Shown piece by piece: positions 1 through 8,968 of a stretch of 32,000 nucleotides of DNA. Where the stretch lies: contig CAJAWH010000093.1 in the NCBI GenBank assembly GCA_903945605.1, positions 7,186 through 39,185 of the forward strand. Reading direction: 5' to 3'. The stretch's first letter is position 1. The number at the start of each line of letters is the position of its first letter. The translations under genes were made by a program, and so were the position numbers. This DNA is from an uncultured Methylococcaceae bacterium (GTDB taxonomy: Bacteria > Pseudomonadota > Gammaproteobacteria > Methylococcales > Methylomonadaceae). The notes beneath the pieces were generated by a model that did not search any database, was not told where the DNA came from, and was given only the letters and a program-made list of their open reading frames with translations.

Positions 1-1124
1 AGCGTTAGGTCGGTATCGACAAACGCTTCTCCAGGCCCCATGAATTGCAATTTTTTCGCCATAGACGGTATATCAAATAATTTGATTGATCGTGTCATGC
101 CTTGGCTATTTTTATATAAATAGATAACGCCTTTTTTTGCAACCTCATCCTCTAAATAATTTAATATCATAGGGCTATGTGTTGTAACTAGTATCTGATG
201 ATGAGCCTGTACTAGATAGTCAATCAAATATTCAATAACCTCGGGATTAATGCCATTTTCTATCTCATCAAATAACAGAAAGGCAGGATCACTTTCGAGT
301 TGTGAAATAATTGCCATTAGCCTTAACATGCCATCATTGATATGACGTGCTGTTGATGTAATTTTATGTTCACCAAATTGCTCAACTATATCTAACTCTT
401 TCCATCCTGAACGTAGTGAGCGTGTTTCAATTGATTTTAATTGACCATAGATATGATTTAGCATCTCACACAATTTTTCCTGACCATTCTTACCTGACTC
501 ATGGATAAAAGCTGACAGTCTTTCTCCACCCAACCCTAATTTTCCATCGGCAGATTTAGCCCTGTTACGCAACAACTCTGGTGTCAACAAGTCGAGTGAA
601 ATTATATTTAGAATAATCGACTTAGAATCCTTTAAAGCTTTATTTATTTGATCATCTCTCAGGGATGAAATAATTGAGCCTTAATAGTCCCATACAACTT
701 TATACGATTTTGGTAGTTCATTGTACTTAAAAAGACCAGTTAAAAATAAATAACCTTCTTCCACCCTAAGAAAGCACGTTCCGCGAATTGTAATTTCTTC
801 TTGTGTGCACCTCAATTTACTACGATTTAAACTTCCGCTCCAAATTATTTCACCCAAAGGGCCAGACTCAATAACAACTTTAAACTCAATATTGCTTTTC
901 CTTGTTAATTTAGAGCTAATATCATCCTTGGCCCAATGACGTACTTTAAGCCATTCGTCTAAGTTACCTCTCATTAGTTGTGACAAAAAATCTAAGGCGT
1001 GAAGTACTGTAGACTTACCGGAGCCATTAAGCCCAACCAAACAATTGAAAGCGGTAAATTCCAACTTAAAATCAACTAACGATTTAAAGTTATCAATCCA
1101 AATTGATTTAATTTTAGTCATCAT
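1..1124 (-). pseudogene. ABC/AAA_21-like ATPase gene, 3' end off-window, interrupted by in-frame TAA (681-683) and TAG (537-539)
   Basis: One minus-strand frame is open from 1124 to the window edge except for TAA at 681-683 and TAG at 537-539. The N-part (track ORF 681..1124) has Walker A GLNGSGKST. My translation of 1..536 gives ...HINDGMLRLMAIISQLESDPAFLLFDEIENGINPEVIEYLIDYLVQAHHQILVTTHSPMIL..., i.e. an ABC-signature-like motif, Walker B and H-loop. The ATG overlaps the pglX stop (TAATG, 1122-1126). Sampled 60-nt lines are 28-38% GC versus 48-63% in the pglX 5' part. Confidence 0.7.
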
Positions 1125-4100
1125 TAATCTCCCGTTCCACCGGTCACCGCCTTAACCTCAGCGAGCAAATCACCAAATTTGCCGTAATTGACTTTAACAC
1201 CATCGTCCAAATCGATTTTGATCCACCTATCGGCATAATGTTTAAGTTTGTCGTCGAACTGGCGGAGTTCGGTTTGTTTTTTCTCCAGGGCTTGGATATC
1301 TTTTTTGATGCGCGTAGCCTCGGCGCTGCTGGCGTCTTGCAATTGTTGGTTTAACTGATCGGCATAAGCGCTGTATTTGCCCAGTAAGGGCGTGACGTAT
1401 TCGGTACGCATTCTGGCGAGGGTGCTGTCGTTGTAGCGGTGCAGGTAAACCAGACATTCGAAGGCTTTTTGCTTGCCGGTGCTGAACAGCCAGTAGATCG
1501 GGCGTTTTTTATAGGTTTGCAGGTGGTCTTTGTAAAACTGGTTGGACAGGTAGCGGCGCACGGTGTCCAAGCTGTTTTCGCCTTTTTTGGGTTTAAAGCT
1601 GCTCAAGGTCAGGCTTTCGGCGACGAATTCCAGGTTTTGCTGCAAAGTGTCTTCGCCCCACACTGTCACCAAGAACTCGCGGAAGCGGTTAGTGGCGTCA
1701 TCTTTGAACCATTCCTGATCGGTCAGCGGCAAAATGCCGTCTTCGTCAGCGGGAAAGCTTGGGTAACGGGACGGATCGAAATCGACATTGCCGGCATTTG
1801 CGTAGATCAAGCCTGGTTCATCCAGACTGTAGCGTCCCATCATACAGCCGATGGCATAGGAAATCAGACGTTGGATGTCTTTTTCTTGGTCGGCGCGGGT
1901 TAGGGTGATTTGGTCTTCGGGGACTTCGGGCGTGAGTTCATCTTGTAGGCCGTAGGCTTCAATGAATAGTCGGTTGTTTTCTTCTTCGAGCTGTTTCATC
2001 TGCGCGTATGCGGCACGGTTTTGGGTTTGCCATTTGGAGTAGGCGGTTGCCAGGTTTTTTTCTTTTGTGGCGATGAGTGGATTGGTTGCAAAATCCCATG
2101 AGGTTTCGTAGTTGTCCCAGTCGGTTTTTGCAATTTCAATTGCTTTCTTAACAAATTCATCAACTTCAGCATCAATAAATGGCAGAGCTATAACATTACC
2201 AACTTGAAAATTTAAAGTTGGGTTTAATGTATTCATTAGTGTTGGAGCGATTGCAGAACATAAAAAACCTGTAACCTTCAAAATTTTTTGCTGTTCAGGA
2301 AATAAAGATGAACCTGCTACGTCAAAAATAAAACCTGCTGAATAATAACGACCCCCAAAATATGATGAGCTTATAAACGACCAACTTACACTGGATTTAA
2401 AATATGAATCTCTGCCATCGTGACGAAATCCTGTATTGCTTCCGTTTTTTGCCCCTTCCAACATATCAAAACCATCATTTTGGTAATTGACTACAAAATC
2501 GTAATTGCCATGCCATTTTCTAAAAGCACCTCCTTTGTTATAAGGGAACCACTTTAGTTTCGATTGCTCTGCATCTTTTCTTGTAGAAAAGCCAATACCA
2601 AGATTTTTTGTATTAACTTCATGCCATAAGCGAACAAATTTATTGTTGTTTCCCGATGACATACCATGCTTCCCAACTGCAACATCACCCAACGCCGGAC
2701 TATTTGCAAAAATATCCCGAACTTTATCACTCACCCAATAGGCAATCGGACTACCTGAAATTTTTTTGAAATCGTCTTGAACGGTGGCATCAAAACGGTT
2801 TTGATTTGCTCGTAAAACGGCGGCTTTTTGCTCTTCGTTACCATCAATCAAGCGAAAAAAAGCAGGTTTGTAGCCGTTCATCTTTTTCTGATGAAACACA
2901 AATGCAGTTGTTTGCACCACTTCCCCTGAAATTTCCGCAAAGGCTCGTGCACCTAAATGCGCCATAGTGCATATCGTTCTGTTTGCTAACAACTTCTCCC
3001 GCAAAGTTTCATAAGACGACAAAAACATCCAACTTTGCATATTAACTTGAGCGTTAAATCCCGATAGATTGCAAAATTCAAAACCACGTTCTATAAACAT
3101 CGCAAACAAATCCGACTTGCTATCGGGAAACTGCTTTTTGGCAAACTCTTTCAATGCGGTATTCATGCCTTTACCGCCCATATACGGCGGATTAGCCACC
3201 ACAGCATCGTATTGCTGCGCCAATAACCAAGCCTGCTGCACATACGGCAACAAGGTCGTTGCCGCAAACTTTTGCATGTTGTCGCCTTGCTCAATCAGCT
3301 CCTGTAACTGGCTGGTCAAATTCCGCAAAAACTCCGCCTGCTCATGCGGTACTTGAATCAATGAACCCAAGGTTTTCGCTTGTTCGAATAAGACCAAGAT
3401 AGCCCGCAGTTGCTTAAACTCGATGTCGTCTAACGTATTTGCCAGGTTGCTTTGTATCTCTTCGTCGATAAGAGTATTAGTTCTACCGCGTTTGTCGCCT
3501 TCGTTTAACCCCAACTTTTGCCATAAATCCAGCAGATCGAGATTTTGCGTGGATTGAATCGCCAACACGTTGAGTTTGATGTCGCGGGTAAAAATGCGGC
3601 GGTCGTCTTCGCGGGCTTTCATCATCAAGGCAAAACCGGACAGTTGCGCGGCGCGGTCGTCGATGTCCAGGCCGTAGAGATTCTTTTCCAGAATCAGTTT
3701 GGGAATGTCGCGGACACGGTAGCCGCGCTCAATGTAAATGGCTTTGAGGATGTCGTAGGTTTCGACCAGGATATGGCCGGAACCGCAGGCGGGATCGAGC
3801 ACTTTGAGGGTTTCGGGATCGATGCTGGGCGGGGTGATCGCGGCTAGTGCTTCGACCACCGACGGTTCCTGTTCGGCGGGTTCGATGTAGTAGTCCATCT
3901 GCGCCTTCAGGCCGGAATCGGGATAGGTCATCAGCCATTGGCGACCGACGGAGTTTTGCACCAGGTATTTGACGATCCAGTTGGGGGTGAATAACTGGGT
4001 GGCGGCGGGGATGTCTTCGCTTTTGACCACGTTGCCTATGACTTGGTCTTTCTTTTCGGAGATATAAAACTGGTACAGCCAGCCGATAATTTCGACGGGT

Positions 4101-4723
4101 TGCCAGTCGTGTTCGGGGATGCTGTCCACCAGACCGCGCAGGATCGAATCGGTGCGGGTCAGATTGTCGGGCAGCAGCAGTTCGGTTTCATCATCCAGGG
4201 CTTCGAACAAAAACGGCATGGCTTGATGCAGTTGATGACATTGGCCCAACAGTAAGGTGCGATAGAGGTCTTCGTCTTTATTGCCCGCCAGTTTCAGTTC
4301 GACTATGCGGTTGCGATCCAGGCCCAGATCGGCGGCAACATCTTGGGCGTGGGCTAGGATTTCGAATGTTCCGGCTTTTTCAGGATGCGATAACACCCGC
4401 AGGTTATGCTCCAAATAGCCATGCAATTCCATGAAGCGAATGGCGGACAAGCGGTTGAACCAGGTGTAAGCCATCTGTTCTACTAATGCTTCAAAGCCCA
4501 TCTGCTCGGCCCGCTGAACCAGTCTCTCACGGGCACGCGCTAAACTGGCATCAAAACTCAAGCCTTCGATCTGCATCACCGAGCCGGAAATGACGGGTGT
4601 GTTGATGGTGAGCTGGCCTTTGCTGGTTGCATGAATACCAAACTGGTTAAGCCGTTGGCGGACAGCTGCTATGAAGTCGCGGCGGGCTTGCGGGGCGTAT
4701 TTTTTGAGGTTGTTGGTGTTCAT
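1124..4723 (-). CDS. pglX: BREX adenine-specific DNA methyltransferase PglX
   Basis: 1199-aa ORF of typical PglX size. SAM-binding motif LDPACGSGHIL and catalytic NPPYMGG (encoded about 3165-3195). Sits in the brxA-brxB-brxC-...-pglX gene order. ATG at 4721-4723. Confidence 0.9.
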   Translation of the reverse strand: MNTNNLKKYAPQARRDFIAAVRQRLNQFGIHATSKGQLTINTPVISGSVMQIEGLSFDASLARARERLVQRAEQMGFEALVEQMAYTWFNRLSAIRFMELHGYLEHNLRVLSHPEKAGTFEILAHAQDVAADLGLDRNRIVELKLAGNKDEDLYRTLLLGQCHQLHQAMPFLFEALDDETELLLPDNLTRTDSILRGLVDSIPEHDWQPVEIIGWLYQFYISEKKDQVIGNVVKSEDIPAATQLFTPNWIVKYLVQNSVGRQWLMTYPDSGLKAQMDYYIEPAEQEPSVVEALAAITPPSIDPETLKVLDPACGSGHILVETYDILKAIYIERGYRVRDIPKLILEKNLYGLDIDDRAAQLSGFALMMKAREDDRRIFTRDIKLNVLAIQSTQNLDLLDLWQKLGLNEGDKRGRTNTLIDEEIQSNLANTLDDIEFKQLRAILVLFEQAKTLGSLIQVPHEQAEFLRNLTSQLQELIEQGDNMQKFAATTLLPYVQQAWLLAQQYDAVVANPPYMGGKGMNTALKEFAKKQFPDSKSDLFAMFIERGFEFCNLSGFNAQVNMQSWMFLSSYETLREKLLANRTICTMAHLGARAFAEISGEVVQTTAFVFHQKKMNGYKPAFFRLIDGNEEQKAAVLRANQNRFDATVQDDFKKISGSPIAYWVSDKVRDIFANSPALGDVAVGKHGMSSGNNNKFVRLWHEVNTKNLGIGFSTRKDAEQSKLKWFPYNKGGAFRKWHGNYDFVVNYQNDGFDMLEGAKNGSNTGFRHDGRDSYFKSSVSWSFISSSYFGGRYYSAGFIFDVAGSSLFPEQQKILKVTGFLCSAIAPTLMNTLNPTLNFQVGNVIALPFIDAEVDEFVKKAIEIAKTDWDNYETSWDFATNPLIATKEKNLATAYSKWQTQNRAAYAQMKQLEEENNRLFIEAYGLQDELTPEVPEDQITLTRADQEKDIQRLISYAIGCMMGRYSLDEPGLIYANAGNVDFDPSRYPSFPADEDGILPLTDQEWFKDDATNRFREFLVTVWGEDTLQQNLEFVAESLTLSSFKPKKGENSLDTVRRYLSNQFYKDHLQTYKKRPIYWLFSTGKQKAFECLVYLHRYNDSTLARMRTEYVTPLLGKYSAYADQLNQQLQDASSAEATRIKKDIQALEKKQTELRQFDDKLKHYADRWIKIDLDDGVKVNYGKFGDLLAEVKAVTGGTGD

Positions 4724-4753
4724 TCTGTATTGCTGCCGTTTATTTTTATTTGG

Positions 4754-7700
4754 TTAAGCCGCAATGGTGCGGATACTGCTGCCATTTTTCGAGCTAATCA
4801 CGTCCAGCCGTAAGGCCATTTGTTCTTTCAATTCCGAGACATGCGAAATAATGCCGATCATGCGGCCACTGGCTTGCAGGTCGATTAGGGTTCTGATGGC
4901 CAAGTCCAGCGATTCAGGATCGAGACTGCCAAAGCCTTCATCGATAAACAAGGCGTCGAGTTTAATGCCGCCAGCGTAAGATTGGACGACATCCGACAAT
5001 CCCAGCGCCAAGGACAAGGCGGCCATGAAGGATTCGCCGCCGGATAGTGTAGCAACAGGGCGGTTTTTGCCTGTGTAGCCATCTTCCACTTCCAGATCGA
5101 GACCGGATGCCTTATTGCCTTTGGTTCGATCTTCCTTGCGTACCAACTGGTAGCGACCATTGCTCATGATATGCAGCCGTTGTGAGGCTTGGATCAATAC
5201 ATCGTCCAATAGCACGCTGAGCACAAAGCGTTGCAGACTGATGCGATTGCCGGTTTGGCCGTTGGCGACATCGCTTAAGGTGCCGACAATCCGGTATTGG
5301 GCTTCCAACTCTGCGTTCTTTTCATGGGCTTTGGCAAGCTTGTTTTTTACGCCTTGCAACTGATTATGGCGTTCTTGCAGTTTGCGCCAAGCTGCATCAT
5401 AGGCATTGAAGGCGTTCGTTTTGTCGGTAAGCTCCAAATCGAGTTTTTCCAAATCGGGTATGGCTTGATCCGCCAATTCGGTTTGCAGTTGTTCAACTGC
5501 GCCTTTCAGGGTAGCCCGTTCAGTTTGATAGGTTTCGATTTGTTTTTTTAGGTCTTGTCGTTGCTCATCACCGAGTAACGCAAGCAGGAAAGCATCAAGG
5601 TCTTCGAAAGGACTGTTGGTTAGCCCATCGTTCCAAGCGGCTTCAGTTTGACTGAATGCCAGTTGCAAGGCATCACGTTGCTGGCCTAGGGTTTGTAAAC
5701 TGGATTGTGCGCTGGCGAGAGCGTTGGATTTCTCGTTAAAGGCGGTCTGTGCGTTGCTGACGGCATCGGTCAGCGTTTTGATTTTGGTAGCCACATCGCT
5801 GATAGCTTTGCTTAATATCTGAGCGTCGCGATACGCTTCCGGTACCAGTTCTTCCAATTGTCCAACACGTGCACGGGCGGTTAGCACTTGGTCGTTATCG
5901 GATTTTGCTTGGGCTTCCAATGCGGCAATGTTTTCAGCCAGTTTAGCGAGTTGCTGGTTAAATTCGGCATTGCTTTGGGTCAGTTGTCTTTGTTGGGATT
6001 GTTGCTGTAACAAGCCTTGGACTTCGGATTGTTTGGTCTGGTAAGTTTGTTCGACTGCATTTAACGGCTGCTGGGCGATGTCTGCCAGTTGCTCGACCAA
6101 TTGGTTAATTTCTTTGATGACACCAGCCGTTTCCAGATGGGCAGTATCGTACTTGTCCTTGGCTATGTCCAAGGTTTTACGCGCCTGATCTTCCTGCGCT
6201 CTGGCATTTTCCACTTGCTGCTTGGTGACTAATTTGGCATCGTTGACGGCATGAGCCGGTGCTGGATGTTCCTTGCTGCCGCACACAGGACAAGGCTCAT
6301 CAATTTTGAGCTCTTGAGCGAGCAATGCGGCTTGGCCAGTGTGCCAAGCCAATTCTGTTTGACGAGCTTTTCGCTGAGCCGCTTCAAAGTCGCTTTGTTT
6401 GCTTCGGAAAGTCGCCAGCAATTGAGCTTCGAGCTGCTCTAATTCGATTTGTTTAGCGCGTTTTTGTTCGAGCAGTTTGCGCTGTTCGAACTGAACACGA
6501 CAGGCTTCCAATTCAATTTGTTTGGGAGCCAATGCTTCCAAGGCCAGAGCAATTTGATCGATTTGGACGGTGTTAGATTTCAGCGTAGTGGATAAGGAAT
6601 CGCTGGTTGTTAACTGCTTATCCAGATTGTCCTGACTGGTTTTGAGCTGTTGTTCGGCAGTAGCCAAGATAGACTTAGCTTGAGTTAACTCGATGACACG
6701 ATCCTGATATTGGTTAAGTTCAACCTGCTGTATGTTTAATTGATCCACTTCGACAAAAGCGGCCTGGGCTGCCTGCAATCGTTGTTCGGCTGCGTTTTTA
6801 TCTTCAGTCGCCTGTTCCAGTGTTTTTTCGCTGCTGGCAATTTGGGAAACCAGCTTTTGTAGTGCTGACGATTTTTCCTGATAAGAACGGTAAACCGGTT
6901 GAATCTTCTGGGCGTTGAGGGCGTGGTCGAGCTGGCGTTGTTTAGCCTGGATTTGTGGTTGCAGAGCGGTTTTTTGATTCAGTTCTTCTTGCTTGCCAGT
7001 CAATGTGTCGAAACGTTGTTTGACTGCCAAGGCAGTTTCTTTGGCCTTGGTTACTCGTAATTGGGCTTCGTGAGCTTGTTCTTTGTCTTGAGCAGCCGCT
7101 GTCAATTCCGGTTCAAGATGAGTCAGCTCATTGTCAATGTCCGCCTCAGAATGAACTTCAACACTTTGCAAAATACCTTTGATCTGGTGTTGATGTTGCT
7201 CAACCGCTTGTTTAATACCGGTAGCCTGGGCTTTGAGTTGATCTTCGATACGCTTGTAGATTTGGGTTTGGAATAATTGGCTGAAGATTTTTTCCCTTTC
7301 ACTCGAACCCGCCATCAACAGTTCGCGAAACTTACCCTGTGGCAAGACCATGACCTGACGGAATTGTTCGACATCCAGACCGATGCGTTTACGGATTTCA
7401 TCGCTGGCATCGCCGACGCTTTTGGCGACAATCAATGAGCCGTCCTCAGAACCATCGAGCAGCCACAATTGTGCTTCAGCTTGTTGGGTCGTAGTGCCTT
7501 CTCCGCGACTTTTCGGGCGCTCTTGAGTCGGAATTCGCCGTACACGGTAGCCAGTTTGGCCTAATTGAAAATCCAGTATAACTTCCGTCAAAAGGGCTGG
7601 AGCGGCATAATCACAACGCATTTGTGCCGGTTCGCGTTCCGCGCCCGTAGTTTGTCCGTAAAGGGCAAAACAGATGGCATCCAGAATTGAGCTTTTACCC

Positions 7701-7816
7701 GCACCCGTCGCTCCGTTAATCAGGAACAGCGGATTGGATCCCAGTCGCGTGAAATCGATGGTTTCACGGCTGGCGAACGGGCCAAATGCTTGCAGGGTCA
7801 GATTCAATGGCTTCAT
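4754..7816 (-). CDS. sbcC: SbcC/Rad50-family SMC-like ATPase (nuclease subunit C)
   Basis: 1020 aa. N-terminal Walker A INGATGAGKSS, very long Q/E/A/L-rich coiled coil, central zinc hook CPVCGSKEHP (about 6266-6300), C-terminal signature LSGGESF, Walker B LFIDEGFGSLD, H-loop IISHV. Start overlaps the sbcD stop by 4 nt (7813-7816). Confidence 0.85.
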   Translation of the reverse strand: MKPLNLTLQAFGPFASRETIDFTRLGSNPLFLINGATGAGKSSILDAICFALYGQTTGAEREPAQMRCDYAAPALLTEVILDFQLGQTGYRVRRIPTQERPKSRGEGTTTQQAEAQLWLLDGSEDGSLIVAKSVGDASDEIRKRIGLDVEQFRQVMVLPQGKFRELLMAGSSEREKIFSQLFQTQIYKRIEDQLKAQATGIKQAVEQHQHQIKGILQSVEVHSEADIDNELTHLEPELTAAAQDKEQAHEAQLRVTKAKETALAVKQRFDTLTGKQEELNQKTALQPQIQAKQRQLDHALNAQKIQPVYRSYQEKSSALQKLVSQIASSEKTLEQATEDKNAAEQRLQAAQAAFVEVDQLNIQQVELNQYQDRVIELTQAKSILATAEQQLKTSQDNLDKQLTTSDSLSTTLKSNTVQIDQIALALEALAPKQIELEACRVQFEQRKLLEQKRAKQIELEQLEAQLLATFRSKQSDFEAAQRKARQTELAWHTGQAALLAQELKIDEPCPVCGSKEHPAPAHAVNDAKLVTKQQVENARAQEDQARKTLDIAKDKYDTAHLETAGVIKEINQLVEQLADIAQQPLNAVEQTYQTKQSEVQGLLQQQSQQRQLTQSNAEFNQQLAKLAENIAALEAQAKSDNDQVLTARARVGQLEELVPEAYRDAQILSKAISDVATKIKTLTDAVSNAQTAFNEKSNALASAQSSLQTLGQQRDALQLAFSQTEAAWNDGLTNSPFEDLDAFLLALLGDEQRQDLKKQIETYQTERATLKGAVEQLQTELADQAIPDLEKLDLELTDKTNAFNAYDAAWRKLQERHNQLQGVKNKLAKAHEKNAELEAQYRIVGTLSDVANGQTGNRISLQRFVLSVLLDDVLIQASQRLHIMSNGRYQLVRKEDRTKGNKASGLDLEVEDGYTGKNRPVATLSGGESFMAALSLALGLSDVVQSYAGGIKLDALFIDEGFGSLDPESLDLAIRTLIDLQASGRMIGIISHVSELKEQMALRLDVISSKNGSSIRTIAA

Positions 7817-8958
7817 GCCCGCTCCCCCTCAAGCTTATGAATTTCAGCAATGGTGGTTTTAATGGCTTGGTCTTGTTCCGGTGTTAAGTCGTCGCCATGC
7901 ACTTGTTTGAAGAAGTCGCGGAACATATCCAATTCACCGCGTTTTAACTTATCCCGATTGATGGGCTGATCCGACATATCCAACATGCCTGGTTTTTCGA
8001 TGTGCAAAACATTGGGATAAACTTGGCGCAATTTACCCATTGGATCGAGTATCGCGTGCTTGTCAGTTAAGCGAACCAGGAGGTAATCTTCGTTTTGGCG
8101 ATCTGTCTTGCCTTGTTCGAGCAGTGTATCCAATTCGCCTTCCAAGATGCGCATGTCTCGCAACGGATGCAGTGGCAAATGGGTGGCGGATTGCATACCG
8201 TTGGCGGCCATTTCGACCAAGGTGATGCCCTTGCGTTGGTTTTGCTCGGAGAAGCTGTATTTCAAGATCGAGCCTGAATAGCGGATGTGTTGCTCGCCTT
8301 TATGCTGCGGACTGTGCAGATGACCTAGTGCGACATAGTCAAACGCGGTAAACGCTTCGTAACTGATTCGGTCAGCACCACCAATGGACAGCGGACGTTC
8401 GGAATCCGATTCGTCACAACCATTGATAAAGCAATGGCTGATTAAGATAGTGGGCGAGTCATCCGATTTTGAGCTGATGATTTGCTCGACCAGATAGCGG
8501 TGCGCTTCGTCGTGGGTAGAAACGTCGACGCCAAAATGATTGCGGACCGATTCGGGATCATTGTAAGGAATGCCGTAGAAATTGACTTCGAGCAAGTTTC
8601 CACGAATTTTCACCGGTTGGTTAATTTGACCTAACTCGCCGATAATATGCAGGCCAGTCTGTCGTAATTGCCTGGAAGCGAAACGTAGCCGTTCGGCACT
8701 GTCGTGGTTGCCTGGAATGAGCAACACGGGGATGCCAAGTTCGGCACAAATTTTATTGAGCACATCGTCCAACAACTCTACCGCCGCCGCTGGTGGAACC
8801 GAGCGATCATAAACATCGCCCGCAATCACCACGGCATCGACGGCCTCACGTTCTATATGTTCGATTAACTGCTCCAGAACGTGGCGCTGGTCTTCCAATA
8901 ATGAAACATTATGGAATTGCCGCCCAATATGCCAATCCGAGGTGTGGATGAATTTCAT
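7813..8958 (-). CDS. sbcD: SbcD/Mre11-family metallophosphoesterase nuclease subunit
   Basis: Track ORF 7813..9063 trimmed to MKFIHTSDWHIG (ATG 8956-8958), with AAGGA 7 nt upstream overlapping the brxC TAA. All phosphoesterase motifs are present: DWH, GDVYD, GNHD, SHCF, GHLH. SbcD-type C-terminal region. 381 aa. Confidence 0.85.
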   Translation of the reverse strand: MKFIHTSDWHIGRQFHNVSLLEDQRHVLEQLIEHIEREAVDAVVIAGDVYDRSVPPAAAVELLDDVLNKICAELGIPVLLIPGNHDSAERLRFASRQLRQTGLHIIGELGQINQPVKIRGNLLEVNFYGIPYNDPESVRNHFGVDVSTHDEAHRYLVEQIISSKSDDSPTILISHCFINGCDESDSERPLSIGGADRISYEAFTAFDYVALGHLHSPQHKGEQHIRYSGSILKYSFSEQNQRKGITLVEMAANGMQSATHLPLHPLRDMRILEGELDTLLEQGKTDRQNEDYLLVRLTDKHAILDPMGKLRQVYPNVLHIEKPGMLDMSDQPINRDKLKRGELDMFRDFFKQVHGDDLTPEQDQAIKTTIAEIHKLEGERA

Positions 8959-8968
8959 GTTGTTGTCC

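Noticed and set aside
2046-2770. A7/T7 homopolymer tracts inside pglX (about 2046-2054 and 2761-2767) as phase-variation switches
   Set aside because: Tracts of 7 nt are short for efficient slipped-strand switching and lie in an AT-rich segment where they are expected by chance. The ORF is intact.
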